Assembly: GCA_030704615.1 (NCBI GenBank)
Contig: CM060731.1
Span: 16,616,001 to 16,680,000 of the forward strand
Length of the DNA stretch: 64,000 nucleotides
Direction of reading: 5' to 3'
From: Takakia lepidozioides
Lineage: Eukaryota; Plantae; Bryophyta
Below are positions 10,813 to 23,200 of the stretch, piece after piece; positions within the stretch are counted from its first letter, which is position 1; every line of letters begins with the position of its first letter. Made by a program: the position numbers and the translations under genes. Under the pieces are notes generated by a model. That model worked only from the letters and a program-made list of their open reading frames with translations. It was not told where the DNA came from and made no database searches.

Positions 10813-11067
10813 TGGGCATGACAATGGTGGAATTGACAAGTGATCCAAGGTCTAGCTGATGGGAGCTTAACGCCATGGATACTTAATTGAAGATCATGGA
10901 TTGCAGGAAGGCGAGTAACGATGGGGCTACTTTTGCACCCGCCCTCTGGATCTATTGACTTTAGATACTGGGACATGTGCGATTGAAGACCAAACGATGA
11001 TTTTATTGAGATAAATACTTGTCAGCTATCCGGTGTTAGATGGACCTAATCACCAGCTAGGGGGGCG

Positions 11068-11614
11068 ATTGTGGCATAGTTTTCTAGGATTGTGTGCTTA
11101 GAATGTATGGTGGACAACGATGTATGTTGTGGCACGATGCTTAGGTGCACGACAGCTGTCATGGTTTTGGTCATGGTTAACTAGAATTACGTACTTCTAG
11201 TTAACTAAGATATTTTGGATATTTATATTTGTATTTTGTGTGTTGGGACTTCATTTGGTCTCACATGCCAAGTGAGGTGTCAAACCTTACTTGAGACATG
11301 GGGATGGGTTTTCCCCTTGTGAGTGTTGAGGAGGGCTCATCTTCTTGTAGTTGAGCCTCCATGAGCCTCTCCCACCTCCATAGCTCTAGGTATTGAGAAT
11401 GAGTGTGGTGAGGGCTTTGTAGGGTGGATTCCTTTAGCAAAGGTGCCCTTGGCTTGACTTAGTTTATGTGATTGAGTGGATTCATGAGTGGAGTGTTTCC
11501 ATTGTGTGTTCACTTCCATTTATCGCATTGTGGCATAGCTTTCTAGGATTGTGTGCTTAGAACGTATGGTGAACAGCGATGTATGGTGTGGCACGATGCT
11601 TAGGTGCACAACAG
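11068..11614 (+). repeat. 88-bp direct repeat (11068-11155 and 11527-11614, probable start of the 3' LTR) bracketing a fragment of another LTR-type repeat
   Basis: The two copies differ at 6 of 88 positions by eye. The first copy begins at the PPT/TG junction. Confidence 0.85.
11157..11520 (+). mobile_element. Truncated copy of the LTR-type repeat that starts at 61572
   Basis: Starts TGTCATGGTT and is collinear with 61572-61926 (shared TTGGGACTTCATTTGGTCTCACATGCCAAGTGAGGTGTC...GGTGAGGGCTTTGTAGGGTGGATTCC). Confidence 0.9.
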
Positions 11615-13546
11615 TAGCGTCGTTGAGATCTCCCAAACTGCGGGCCCCAGCCCTAGTGCTCGGTGTCGTTGGAAAGCCCTCGATGATGATGGGTGCACCT
11701 GCATGGTCTCATAATATTTGGACCTGCGGTGTGGGAGATATGGAATTTCAAGTACTTTTGGTCGTTGGAAATTCAGGAAAAATGTCAAAGTGGGCTTTCC
11801 TGCAGAATGATTGGCCCTTCAGTTGTCTTTTGTGCACGTGGGCATAAATGTACATTGGGTTTTTTTAAATATTGACGTTCACAATATTATTTGTAGTGTC
11901 GTTGAGATCTCCCTCTGGTCACGATTTTAGTACCGTTGGAAAGCCCTCGACTTGGTATCATGATTTTTGGACTTGCAATGTTGGAGATATGGAATTTCAA
12001 GTACGTTTGGTTGCTGGAAATTCGTGAAAAATAGCAAACTGGGCTTTCACCAAATTTCAATCTCTGAATCACATTACATTGTTGCTCATTTTATTCATGT
12101 TTACAATATTCTTCAGACATTAGTTCATTCATGTACCACCGTCACATTCTTTGTAACTAAACACACATCCAATTTCATTTTAGTATATAGAATTCAATTC
12201 TTCACACATGGGCCTCGATAGAGGAGACGCACTTGGATGCATAGGGGATTGCACTTGGACTTAGATGACACTGGACACTTGGACCAACGGCACAAACTAC
12301 CCTAGTATAGAGAGAGAAGACTCTGGCCAAGGCCGACGTAACTAAGAGCCACTTCACCTTACGGCTACTGCCCCCTTTCGGGGGTGGGCCCTCTAAAGAG
12401 AACATGTGTCCAGGGGACACCTGGTATCCAGGACGAGGTAGTAAATAGGGTAGTGGTATCGAGGGTACCTATGGTACCCGGGGTATCCCTGGGTACCTTG
12501 GGGCGCCGAGTTGTCGCTTATTGGTGATGATGGCAGTGAGGGAGCGGAGCGCAGTGAGGTGCATGGCTTTAAAGCATTTGTGGATTGGGGGGATAGGGAT
12601 TTTAAGATTGTCGTGTAATGAGTTTATGCTGGCAGTATGAATCCCACCTCTAGTACCGGTTGTGATAACTGATAGGGGGCCAGTGCCCCACCCACGCTGG
12701 CGGATGGCGAGGATAAGGGGGGGCATATTTTTGTCATTTTTGTAAGGTGGAGGGGGTTGGGTATCGGTCGTGACAGTATGTGAATTCAACGAAGTGAATG
12801 GTTAGCTCCGGGGAGGGAGAAATAGGTAGGGGGGCATTGATGGGTAAGCCGTGGACAAATAGGATATTTGGGCAAAGGCGAGAGGACAGGTACAGGGTGA
12901 GTGTGAGCATAATGGGTAGTTGGGGGATGGGAATTGGCAAGGCTAGAAGTTGTGTTTGCGTTGGTGTCCCATATATTGGGCGTATCGAAATTTGAGTGTT
13001 TGTCGGAATTGCGCGTCGGTGACAGTCTTTGTGTGTCATAAGTGGTTTGATAATTTGTGGTGAAGAACTGTGGATTGTGTCCATTTTTGGATATAGGCTT
13101 TGGTATGGCTGGTAGAGGTTGAGGCTTGTTTGTGGGCTTCACGTAAGAGTGGATTTTAGGTTACGTATGGGCTTGGTAGTATGGGGTCCTGGTACTGGGT
13201 GAACTACCCTAGTATATGAAGCAAAATAGTTTGTTATTTGTTTTGTTTTGTTTTGTAGCGTTGAGATGTCCCATTGAACCGCGGGGGCCAGCCCTGGTGC
13301 TTGGTACCGTTGGAAACCCCTTGATGACGAGGGCTGCATTGGCTTGGTCTCATGATTTTTGAACCTGCGGTGTATGAAATATCGAATTTCAAGTACTTTT
13401 GGTCACTGGAAATTCATTCGAAGTGAGGCTTCAATTCTTCGCACATGGGCCCTGACACAAGAGAGTCCGCACATAGACACATAGAGGATTTCACTTGGAC
13501 TTAGATGACATTGGACACTTGGACCAACGACACAGACTACCCTAGT
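11615..13546 (+). repeat. Cluster of related non-coding repeats, possibly non-autonomous Helitron or hAT ends
   Basis: Three copies of a ~130-165 bp unit (about 11615-11777, 11894-12026, 13256-13419; core GTTGGAAAGCCCTCGA...GAATTTCAAGTAC). Two copies of a ~115 bp unit (12193-12306, 13430-13546). Three ends read ACTACCCTAGT. Confidence 0.7.
12343..12395 (-). other. Structured-RNA-like module, copy 1
   Basis: - strand UAGAGGGCCCA-CCCCC-GAAA-GGGGG-CAGUA-GCC-GUAA-GGU-GAAG-UGGCUCUUA. A homologous copy lies at 59333-59383 on the + strand. Confidence 0.5.
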
Positions 13547-14252
13547 TGTCTTGATAAAACATAATTGTTTTGTTAAAAATAATGTCTTGATAAAAAAATA
13601 ATTGTCTTGATAAATGGTTTTGATATTGATATTTGTTTTCAATGTTTTACACAGTTTGTCCAAACTCTGCATTTAATGTATTCATTATTTTTTACTTGTA
13701 AAGGAACAATTGACTCCTATAATCTGGAACTATCTGGAAAGAGATAATGCATTTTCATTGGATTCAGTAAAATTCATGTGTCAAGTGTGGGAAGAAACTC
13801 GATTCTTCTCATACCTGAGGCTATATATTTGATGATAGATGAATTTGTGCCAGGCCCCATTCACTTCCTAAAGAGTTTTGAGAAACCTGCATCAGTAACA
13901 AGTCCTAGAAGCAGAGACTGGATGCAGGAACCCAACACCAACCCTCTAAGAAGTGAAGGCAATACATTATAGATTGACATTGACAATCAGATTGCAATCA
14001 GATGTCGATTAGCTGGTGAAATGTCTGGTACATTGCACTCCACAAAAGCAAGCCCCACTTTTTTTCATGTCCTTCCATGGAATTCCACAGATAATCCATC
14101 AAGCCCTGCAACTACCATTGGCAAGATTCCGTATGAATGTTGTCCAACTGGCCCCACGATTAAAGATGTATAATATGCACAAAAGTGTTGGAGATGGGCC
14201 ATCATCAGGAGCCGACGTATAAGGTTGATAACCACTCACTATTGCCATGACG

Positions 14253-17200
14253 CTATCCTAATAGCTTCTGTAACTTAGTGGAGGAGATCTGATGGCCTCC
14301 ATACCTGTACATCTCACTTAGGGCTTTTAGAGCGTGTCTAGCATCCCTTACTTTACAGGCCATGGCATCATTACCCACATCATTACAGGAGTCCTGCACA
14401 GCAAAGCCATATCCTCTTCGATCTCGGGGAAGGGGCCATGATTTATCATCATTCTCCAGAGCTCTCCCAGATGATATAGAGGTGGCTGCAACGCCAACTG
14501 CATTCCTCCTAAAACCTTCGTCGGAATACTGGATGTCTGTGGCTGCTTCTATTTTCTTGATGGAGGAACAAATAGTTGAAAGCCAGTCGTACAAAAACAC
14601 TTCCCGCTGTAGCCACAAACATCAAATCCAGAGGTGCTCAGTAAGTCCAGAGGAATGAGGAGGGTATGTGCCGCAAGTTACTACACCTGAGCCAATGCAG
14701 CCTAAAGAAGCTGTTTTCTACTACTCTGTTCCGACCATTCCCAATACAAGTTCATGCAGCAATACAAGTTGGCATATTCCACTGAATTAGCTGCAGGGGT
14801 ATAATTCCTCTAACCATTTTGGCAAAGCAACGAGTGTTTTACCTTCACCAAGGTATCTTGCAGGACATGGAAATCTTCGGGATGTCCAAGGCGAAGCACA
14901 TGCAGTGCTGTCAATGTTAGCTGCATCACAGAAACCCTCCTCCAATTCATGCTACTTGCCAAGGCTTCAGGTGTACTAAATACCTCAGGACAAAATCTGC
15001 TTCAGGTCACCAGATATTGCTGCGTCAACAGACACTCTGAACAATATTATATGCTGTAATCCTTTAGTAGGAACCATGGGATGCCGAAGCTCTGGAGGCA
15101 TCCCAATCACTTCACAAAAAGCACTTCAGTAGTTTATGCCTTGTACTTTGACAAATGTATCTCTGCTGAAGTGAGGCATATTAGAGTTCCACCAGCTGAC
15201 ATGTTGGTGAAATGAACATGCAGATGTAGTTGTGAACGTATCAATATGGCATAGAAATGTTGAGAATTAGCGCCTGGGAATGTCAGAGACAGATATCACC
15301 CAGCTCGTAAGTGGGGGACTGCCCTGTCCAGAGAGTAGTCTACTCCAGGAAGGCACCCCAATGGGCTACGGATCTCGGTTGCTCAACATACATTCTAGTC
15401 ATCCAATTAAGGCCTGTAGAGGCCCTCGAGGGTTCCACATCAAGCCACTGGGGGAGAAACCCCTTGAAAACCCTTGCTTTTGCAGACAGAGCAGTGTGCT
15501 TAAGGACCTTCAGCACCTGAGCAAAGCACAACCTCAAACAACCAGTCCAAACAATGAGATCCCACCTGTTCCTTGAGAGCCAGCTGGTACTTGAAGCTTG
15601 TGGGCCCCATTCCACTTTCCATATCCACATACGCCAGTGCATGCACCAATGCTTGCACCACGTCTCCATATGCAACCACATAATCTTCGCCAAAAAAGGT
15701 AGTGTGAGCCACATGCTTGGATATAATAATGTACAACCAAGCCAATAGGAACAAAGTTTCTATTGTGAAGACTGCTGGAATAAGCATCCCAATACCGTAG
15801 ACTTGGTACATTCAACTATACTTCAGCTTAATATATACATGCCTTAAATAATTGCATTCAGGAGCAAAAAGACTAGTTGAACCAGAGGACTGATAAAGGA
15901 AGCACTGCATTGCGGACATTCCGCGGGAAAAATCTGAATAAGGCCCAAATAAAGTTTCCAGGGCCACAGTCCCTTGTTCAAAATTGTTTTGAAAAAGAAA
16001 AAAGGTCAGGAACAACTGAAAACTCTAGAAATTACTCTAGGATACATTCAGATTTGATACTGAGAAGCATTGCAGGGATTGAAAGTGACCATGAAAAGCT
16101 GTTTATTTATGAGTTTATTTATGAAGTATAATGTCGAGTGGTCCACAAATAGAGGATGCCAGTTTAGTCTTGACAGGGATTGAGCCTGTTTACGTTCACC
16201 AAGGCACTACATTGAGGAAGCCAAATCAGAATCTCCCATAAAGATGTGGAGTACTACACAAAAGGTCTAAGCCTTTGCCCGTCAGGTAATCATTGCTCAT
16301 TACAGCAGTCTTCACATGCTTAGCTCCTTTAGAATGGCATTCTTCAGGTTAATGGAAACACTGCTATGGTTCTCCAACAAAAGTGAGGTGATGGCAGAAT
16401 GCACTACTCACATAGGACCCTTTGGATGGAATAGGAGCCAAGGATTTGCCATAAAATCTCAAAACTTAACATAACAGAAAGATCAACAACATTGAAATTC
16501 TTATCTCCTTTAGTAACAGTGAAGACGAATTGAAAATCTGGTTACGTAAAAACAAACAGGAGTGACATGTAAGCCTAATACCTTCTCGAGATGCAGGCAC
16601 AGATAGGGCAGCAGCAGCATGAATGCGGATTTTGAAATTTGCTGAGTCCCGCAGTAGCAAAAGCAATATACTATAAACTGAGGGCACCCTGCCACGACCC
16701 AGTTCGAGCGTCTTGAAGTAGCTCAAAAGTATTGGACACCAGAGGCAAGCAGACCTAGTGCCATAAGAATCCTAACATGAGGGCAGGAATACCTAATACT
16801 GACATTGTTATAGCCTTCCCAGTGCTGGTCTTAACTGCCACAAGAAGAACAGCTCCTCAACCATGGTGTGATTAGAGCAGGCCCAAAACAGGCCGAGGGA
16901 ACAAGCTGACAGGTTCCACATAGAGAGTACTCTTAGTTACTTATGACTCGGTAAGAATTTGGAATCTGCATGGGCCCAAAAGAATTAGCAGCTTGAAGTC
17001 AACTCAGGTGAGGCAGCATGCATGACTAGTCAGGAGTGTCAGCCTACCATGACATGCTTGACAACTGAATAGTTGGATTCAGAAACAGATTTCCAAGAGC
17101 ATGGCACACATTCCATTGTACCTGCAAGATTAGGGTCAAACAACATCACACAATTGCCTTACAATGGTTCACAGACACAAAGTTCCTGCAATGTAGCCCC

Positions 17201-20200
17201 TAGGAACACGACATGTCAGAATGGCAACCACAAAGGCCTGGTACGACCTTTACAGAGAAAGAATTATTTTCCACAAACTGGAACCTAAACTTCCTGCAGA
17301 AAAGAATTGCGCAAACCAGAAATGAAAACCTGCAGTTCAGATTGTCAAATACAGACAAGCTCTAACATGTAGCTACAAGCTGCATGATTTAGTGGGACAG
17401 CCGCAGCACACTGACCTTGACATTTCCTGTTGTCACACAGGAAACAAATGTCTGTGCCATCCTTCCCAACCATACATGTGCTGCTGACGTGTCTATATTT
17501 GTTGAACCAGGAGTTTGGTTGCATCCTGCAGGGAGTTGGCCATAGGAATTGCACCTTGCACCAGAAGGTTCATTGCAGAAGTTTGCAAACCTGGCCAGAT
17601 TGCCAAGCGCCCTCACAGCATTGGCCCGTACCTAAGATACCCATGACACAAGCTGTTGATCAAGAACTTTCTTAGTATCTGCACTAGGAATGGACAGACA
17701 TACATTATTGACTGATTAAGATGGCTACTCCCATAATCCACAGGTCTCCGGAGTGCATGTTTCTATCATCGTCAGAACATAGAACACCATTGTTTCCAAG
17801 TAAATGCCACCACCTCAGATGGAGATGAATTTTCTCAAATCCTGGAAATGATGTGGACAAATGTTCTGAAGTCCATCTCATCAAGACAAAATTTGACAAT
17901 ATGGAATGGGTTCCAAATAAACACCAATCAAAGCCCATTAAAGCACATGCAGAGGTTACCCTATGCACCAAAATGTGAGTGAGGAGGGAAATAACCTTAT
18001 CCCCGTTCTTTACAGCCCTGAAAGTGCACTCTGCCAAGGATGTAAGGGGGCCTGTCTCCAAAGTCCGTTCTGCACCACACAAGCATAGGTTCAGACTTCT
18101 GCAAATAACCTCAAAATGACTTGCCTTCTACCTAGCATTTGTCAGTGACTAGGAACCGTAAAGGAATAGGTCACAGCGCCTCCGGCGGTGCATTGCCCTG
18201 GACTACCTACATTGCCACATGAAGGGAGGCAGCATTGAAGTTTGAATACACCAAACCCACAAAATTCCTAGGGATGATTAAGAAGCCTCTTTACATTTTC
18301 CAGGGTTCCAGCACAGACTCTCTCAGCAATTGTTTTATCTGTGCGCATTATCCTGTTTTTGTGAATGCTAGTGACAAATCTTCCATAGAAATGACAAAAT
18401 ATGTGTTGCTTACCAATTTCTTGGGAACTTGCCGTCTCACAACTGTTACCCAGCACATCACAAAGGTTTGCCAGTGCCCATGAAGCCGTAATTCGAACCT
18501 GCAAATCAAAGCACTTGCATCCTGAGCAGAGGTCTAAAGCATGGCTAAAATATGATGTCTGTCCATGGCAGCCTTTCTTTCAATACAGAACTACCATTGC
18601 CAGATCAGCTACAAGTTATGGTGCCTTGAGAGGGAACAACTGTTGGGAAACATCATGCCCATCCCTTACACAAATACTCTCTAAGAAACTGTAAATATTA
18701 GCCCCGTATTACTGCAGATAACCTAAACACCATTTCAGCATCCAAATGACCCTGAAAGACTCATTGAATGAGTGAAAGCATGACATGGACTTACTGATGC
18801 AGAAGAATCCTCCATGGTTGCCAAAATAACATTGATAATTCTGAGGACCCTCTCCTTGCTGCACACAAATACAGGAGTTTAGCTTTATCTAGGGGCTGAT
18901 TCAAATTCTTTATTTCAGCAATTCTCTGGCTTTGGTTGAAATTTCTAGATGAAGTAGGATATCCAATAAACATTCTCAGTGATAAAACTGTTCTACAGCA
19001 GTTGAAGAATGATTACCTTTCAGAAATATGAGGAAACCCCACAACGACACCAATGGCGCGACATGCAGTGGATCGAACGGCTGGTGTGCTATCGTTCAGG
19101 GCTGCATACATCTACCCCAACATAACCACCAACCATAGGGATATCAATCACAATAATCACCCCCAGCGCCGGTGAGACAGAGTAGACCAAAAAGAAACCA
19201 CTTCAGAAAACATCAAATGGCATTGTCTCGTGGAGATAAGGCCAGAAGCTCAGAAGCTCAGAAGCTTATGGGACAAATCAGGGATACACAAGAAGAGACA
19301 TGTATACAAGTGACCAAGCATACCAGATGCATTTGAGAAGGAGCGACCAACAGTAATCCCATACCAAGCTGAATGGTATTACATCCTGTTTTACTAACAA
19401 TGTATGACCTGAGAAAAATACAGAGGAAGCAGGGGGCCCCAAGGGCATGGGACAGACAGAAGTTTGTCCCAACCATGCAAAGTAAGATTTTGCAGAATCA
19501 GGACAGCCAAATTTACCATGATTCCAAGACCAAGGAAATAAACCAAAGGAAGCATTGCGTCTGTGGGGAGTGCAGAAGAGCTCACAGGGGCGTACAACGG
19601 TAGACAAGACAAAATCTTGCTTGGATGGTGAAAATTCTGAGAAGGCAGCAGCTGTCAAGCCTGCAAAACATGTCAATGCTGCCCCTCGAACCTGTATCCA
19701 AAATCATCACCAAGCAGTTTTAACCAGATGTAGATTGACAATAGACATTGACCCATGGTAACTTCAAATTCATGGCGCATAACTATTGAGGCCTCCGTCC
19801 AAGTTGCTGTCAGGTCCTGCAATGCAGACTCCGCAGGATGTGCCATAGGAACGCCTGCCAACCATACATAGCAATCCTTGTTGTATGCCCAAAACACATA
19901 GTCTAAGTTGATAGATCCTGATGCTGTAAATATGGTAAGAGTTGATCCCAAGTATTCTGCAACTGCCATTGCTATCTCTGTTGGTACTTTATGGTCAGCC
20001 AAGAATGAGCATTTAACCTGAGCAAGCGTAAAACTGGCATGGGCACATAAAATTCCATACCCCATAACCCTGGCGACAGCTTATACTCAAATGAGAGGGC
20101 TCACCATGGGTGCCGAATGTACTAACACAGGGGGTAGATGATGATCTAAGACTTCCAGCCACTGGGAGCTCCCGGCTTCCTCCCCGGCTTCAATGATTGT

Positions 20201-23200
20201 GGTCTGACAGCTTTCCAACACCCCTGATTCTTGTTGACAAGTAGCACTAGAGCCACAGAGCAGTTTGAGAGGTTTTGGTACGAAGGAGGGAGAAGGTGGC
20301 TTCCGTGGCCCATCCTCAAGTACGTCATCTAATCCCTTGGACCCAGATATTGCTCGAAGGAGTTCATCCAATAGCTGCAATACAATTTGGAGCAAGTTGT
20401 CCATGAGAGGGACAGTTTGTGTGTTACCTTGAGCAGGTTTGATCTCAAAACCACAGCTGGAATGGGGATTAGTTAATAAGGGAGGTGCTTTTGGGTATTG
20501 GATACTAGCAACACGTGTCTGTAGCATTTCAGCCTAATCCATATTTGAAACCTGTCTTCCAGAACTCATCTTTCCGCACATGATATAAATCAGGGTAGAT
20601 AGTACTCAAAACACGATTGTGACAATCCTCAGACATTGCAATGTTGGCACAAGTGCATAAGTCCAACTGTTCACTGGTGCTGGCCACCATCTGCTCAGTT
20701 GGACATTGTCCCCTGGTGGGGTTTCCTACAGTGTAAATTTAATCTAGCAGCTCTCAAAAGCAGCCTCTTGAGAACAGCCACAAGCACATATATGCAAAAA
20801 GTGGCCATTTTAGGCCACTAGGAGTCACCCATAGGGAGTGTAATCATGTGCCCAGGCATGTAAGTGAGGTGGGCAAATTGTTCACAGTTGCTGCTACAGT
20901 ATGCATCAGTACGCACAGAGATCCACCATCATCAGAGGGACCCAACTTTGACATTCACCATCCATCACATCGACAAGGCATTCAAGTCCTTATACCTTCA
21001 CAGCACTGTGGACCAATCTATCATCAGCCAGTCCGGCACTTTGCCCCACTCCTGTGGGAGTAACACCCTCAAGGAAGCTTGATAAAGGCACACATCCATC
21101 CACAGTGCTTCCAAAACTGGATTTCCCATCCATAGTGTGAATCACTCCCGCTACCACCTTAGAAAGAAAACCCCAGAAGCTGAAGGCTATCCAGGAATAG
21201 TTGTGCACTGCAGCTTTGATGGCCTGCATTACACCACATAGTCATCTCAGTATCATGACTTTGAAGTCACATCATTCGGTGAAGGAACTGACTTTGATTG
21301 CTTCGCACTGTCACCTGCCATTCCGGCAGTGACTCTGCTTGATGACATGGGTAACACTCTCCTAACACACAGGATCACTCTCCCCAGATGCACAGGTGTC
21401 ACTCTGATGCCAACCATCTGCCATGGCATCTAGACAGATTGGGAGACATTTAAAAGAAAGTACACTACCACCTTATGATGGGTATTGCACCTGAAGAGCC
21501 TCAACACGGACAGCTAGAGGTGCAGGTGGCTGAGTGTAGGAAATCAAGTCCCGGAGCAGTGCCTGTGGTCTTGTTGAGTTCTTGATCACTGGCATGCAAT
21601 AAGGTCACACTTTAGCCCTGTGAGCCAGTAAACACACATTACCTTTCCATTTAAGTCAGCTGCAGCTTCCTCTTTTAATTATGGACATGCTACGGTAATT
21701 TCTCCAGAAACAGCGAGGAAAGCCATGATAAGTGATCCAAAGACGCCTAACTGCAAACGAGAGCCTCTAACAGAGTCAATAACATGCACCTCACCTTAGT
21801 AGCTTACACTTGACAAGAGCAACTGAGCAACTGGACCTAGCACATTGAATAACATAATGATGGACCACCAATGACTGGGTTGGAGAATTTTGGACTGAGT
21901 GCACCATCTCCAGCCTACCCCAAAATATTGTGGTGAAGAGAGCTCATTTCTATGGCTGGCAGTGGGCCAACAGGGAGCGCACACCTCTAAAGGGACAGGC
22001 ACTAGTCATCCAGCTCCATCAAACAGAAGATGAGGGGAACAAACTCAGACCGGAAGTTGCTCAAGGAATGTCTTACTCAAGGAATGTCTTACTGCATTAG
22101 CTAGTGACGCTGGTAAATGTTAAGCTTGTATGTAAAAAATTGCTCGACATATCCCCTCCATCTAGAAGTGATATCATCCTTATAATAGTGTTCAACCTGT
22201 CTACTTCTGAAACCTCAAAACAGCTGCCACCAATAGTTTTTAATCATAGTGAAGATTGTACATTAATACTAACCTGAAGAGCAATCCATGCCAAGCATGG
22301 CTGCTACTTGAGGAGATGCTGGAGAGGCACTCAAAGCTGCCCCCAGACAGCAAACTGCTGCAGTCTGTGGTTTACCAACACATTGTATTAAAAAGAGCAG
22401 GTACTGTTTTCCACCCAACCTTCACCAAGGCAAGCTATTCCCAAATAGTCAGACCGCCACACAAGTTGGATCTCAACGATCGGTGAAAATTTCTTCTGGC
22501 CACTTGTTGTGCTGGCTTGCTTGGCTAGTGGGGAAGTGATTGAACCGTATAGTGTCATAGTTGTGCTAAATAAGCTGAGAGTGACACAATGCCAGTAGCC
22601 ATAGCATATAGAATGAAGCGCCGCAAAATGCTCAATACCCACCATGGAGTTGCTCTGATCAACAATAGGTCAAGATTTCTTTGATTTTCATCAATGACAA
22701 AATGAGAGTGACACAAAGCCACTAGTAGCATACAGAATGAAGAGCAGCAAAATCCTCAATACCAACCATGGAGTTGCTCTGCTCAACGCACAGAGGCAAT
22801 AGATCAAGTGTTCTCTGATGTACAGCCATGACAACATTTGGTAGGAGCTCAGCAGGCAGCCGTCCAAACCTGTTGGAAAATGTCAAAGGAATGCATGGAA
22901 ACCAAAATCAAAACTTGAGACAAAGATCCATCCATTACTACTAAAATGGACTTACATGGATTGTGATGTAGGGATAATGGAATTACATCAATCTAGTCAA
23001 TCAATCAATCCATCAACCTTTTGTTTCCTTATGCAGACAATAAGATTTGCTAGAAACATCGTCAGCAAAGAGTAAGTTCCCAATTTTGAGTGACAAGGAT
23101 GTGGAAGGAAACATACGGAGCAGCTGATACCAGAAGAGAGAGGGCTTTCAGTGCAGCTACAAGAGTGCCAACCTGCTTCTCATGTAGTACCACATGCACA

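Larger units (their letters stand above)
4997..11155 (+). mobile_element. Decayed Ty3/Gypsy LTR retrotransposon with gag, C5 DNA methyltransferase, RT, RNase H, integrase and PHD finger
   Basis: Gypsy domain order RT-RH-IN, no introns, and a polypurine tract AGGGGGGCGA (11059-11068) followed by TG at 11070. Multiple stops, frameshifts, deletions and one inversion. The 5' boundary was not determined. Confidence 0.95.

Noticed and set aside
12343-12395. Canonical hammerhead ribozyme
   Set aside because: The junctions are CAGUA and GAAG rather than CUGANGA and GAAA. Kept only as an unclassified structured motif.
12469-13142. Overlapping Pro/Thr-rich minus-strand ORFs
   Set aside because: Low-complexity products of G/T strand skew inside a repeat cluster, with no recognisable domain.
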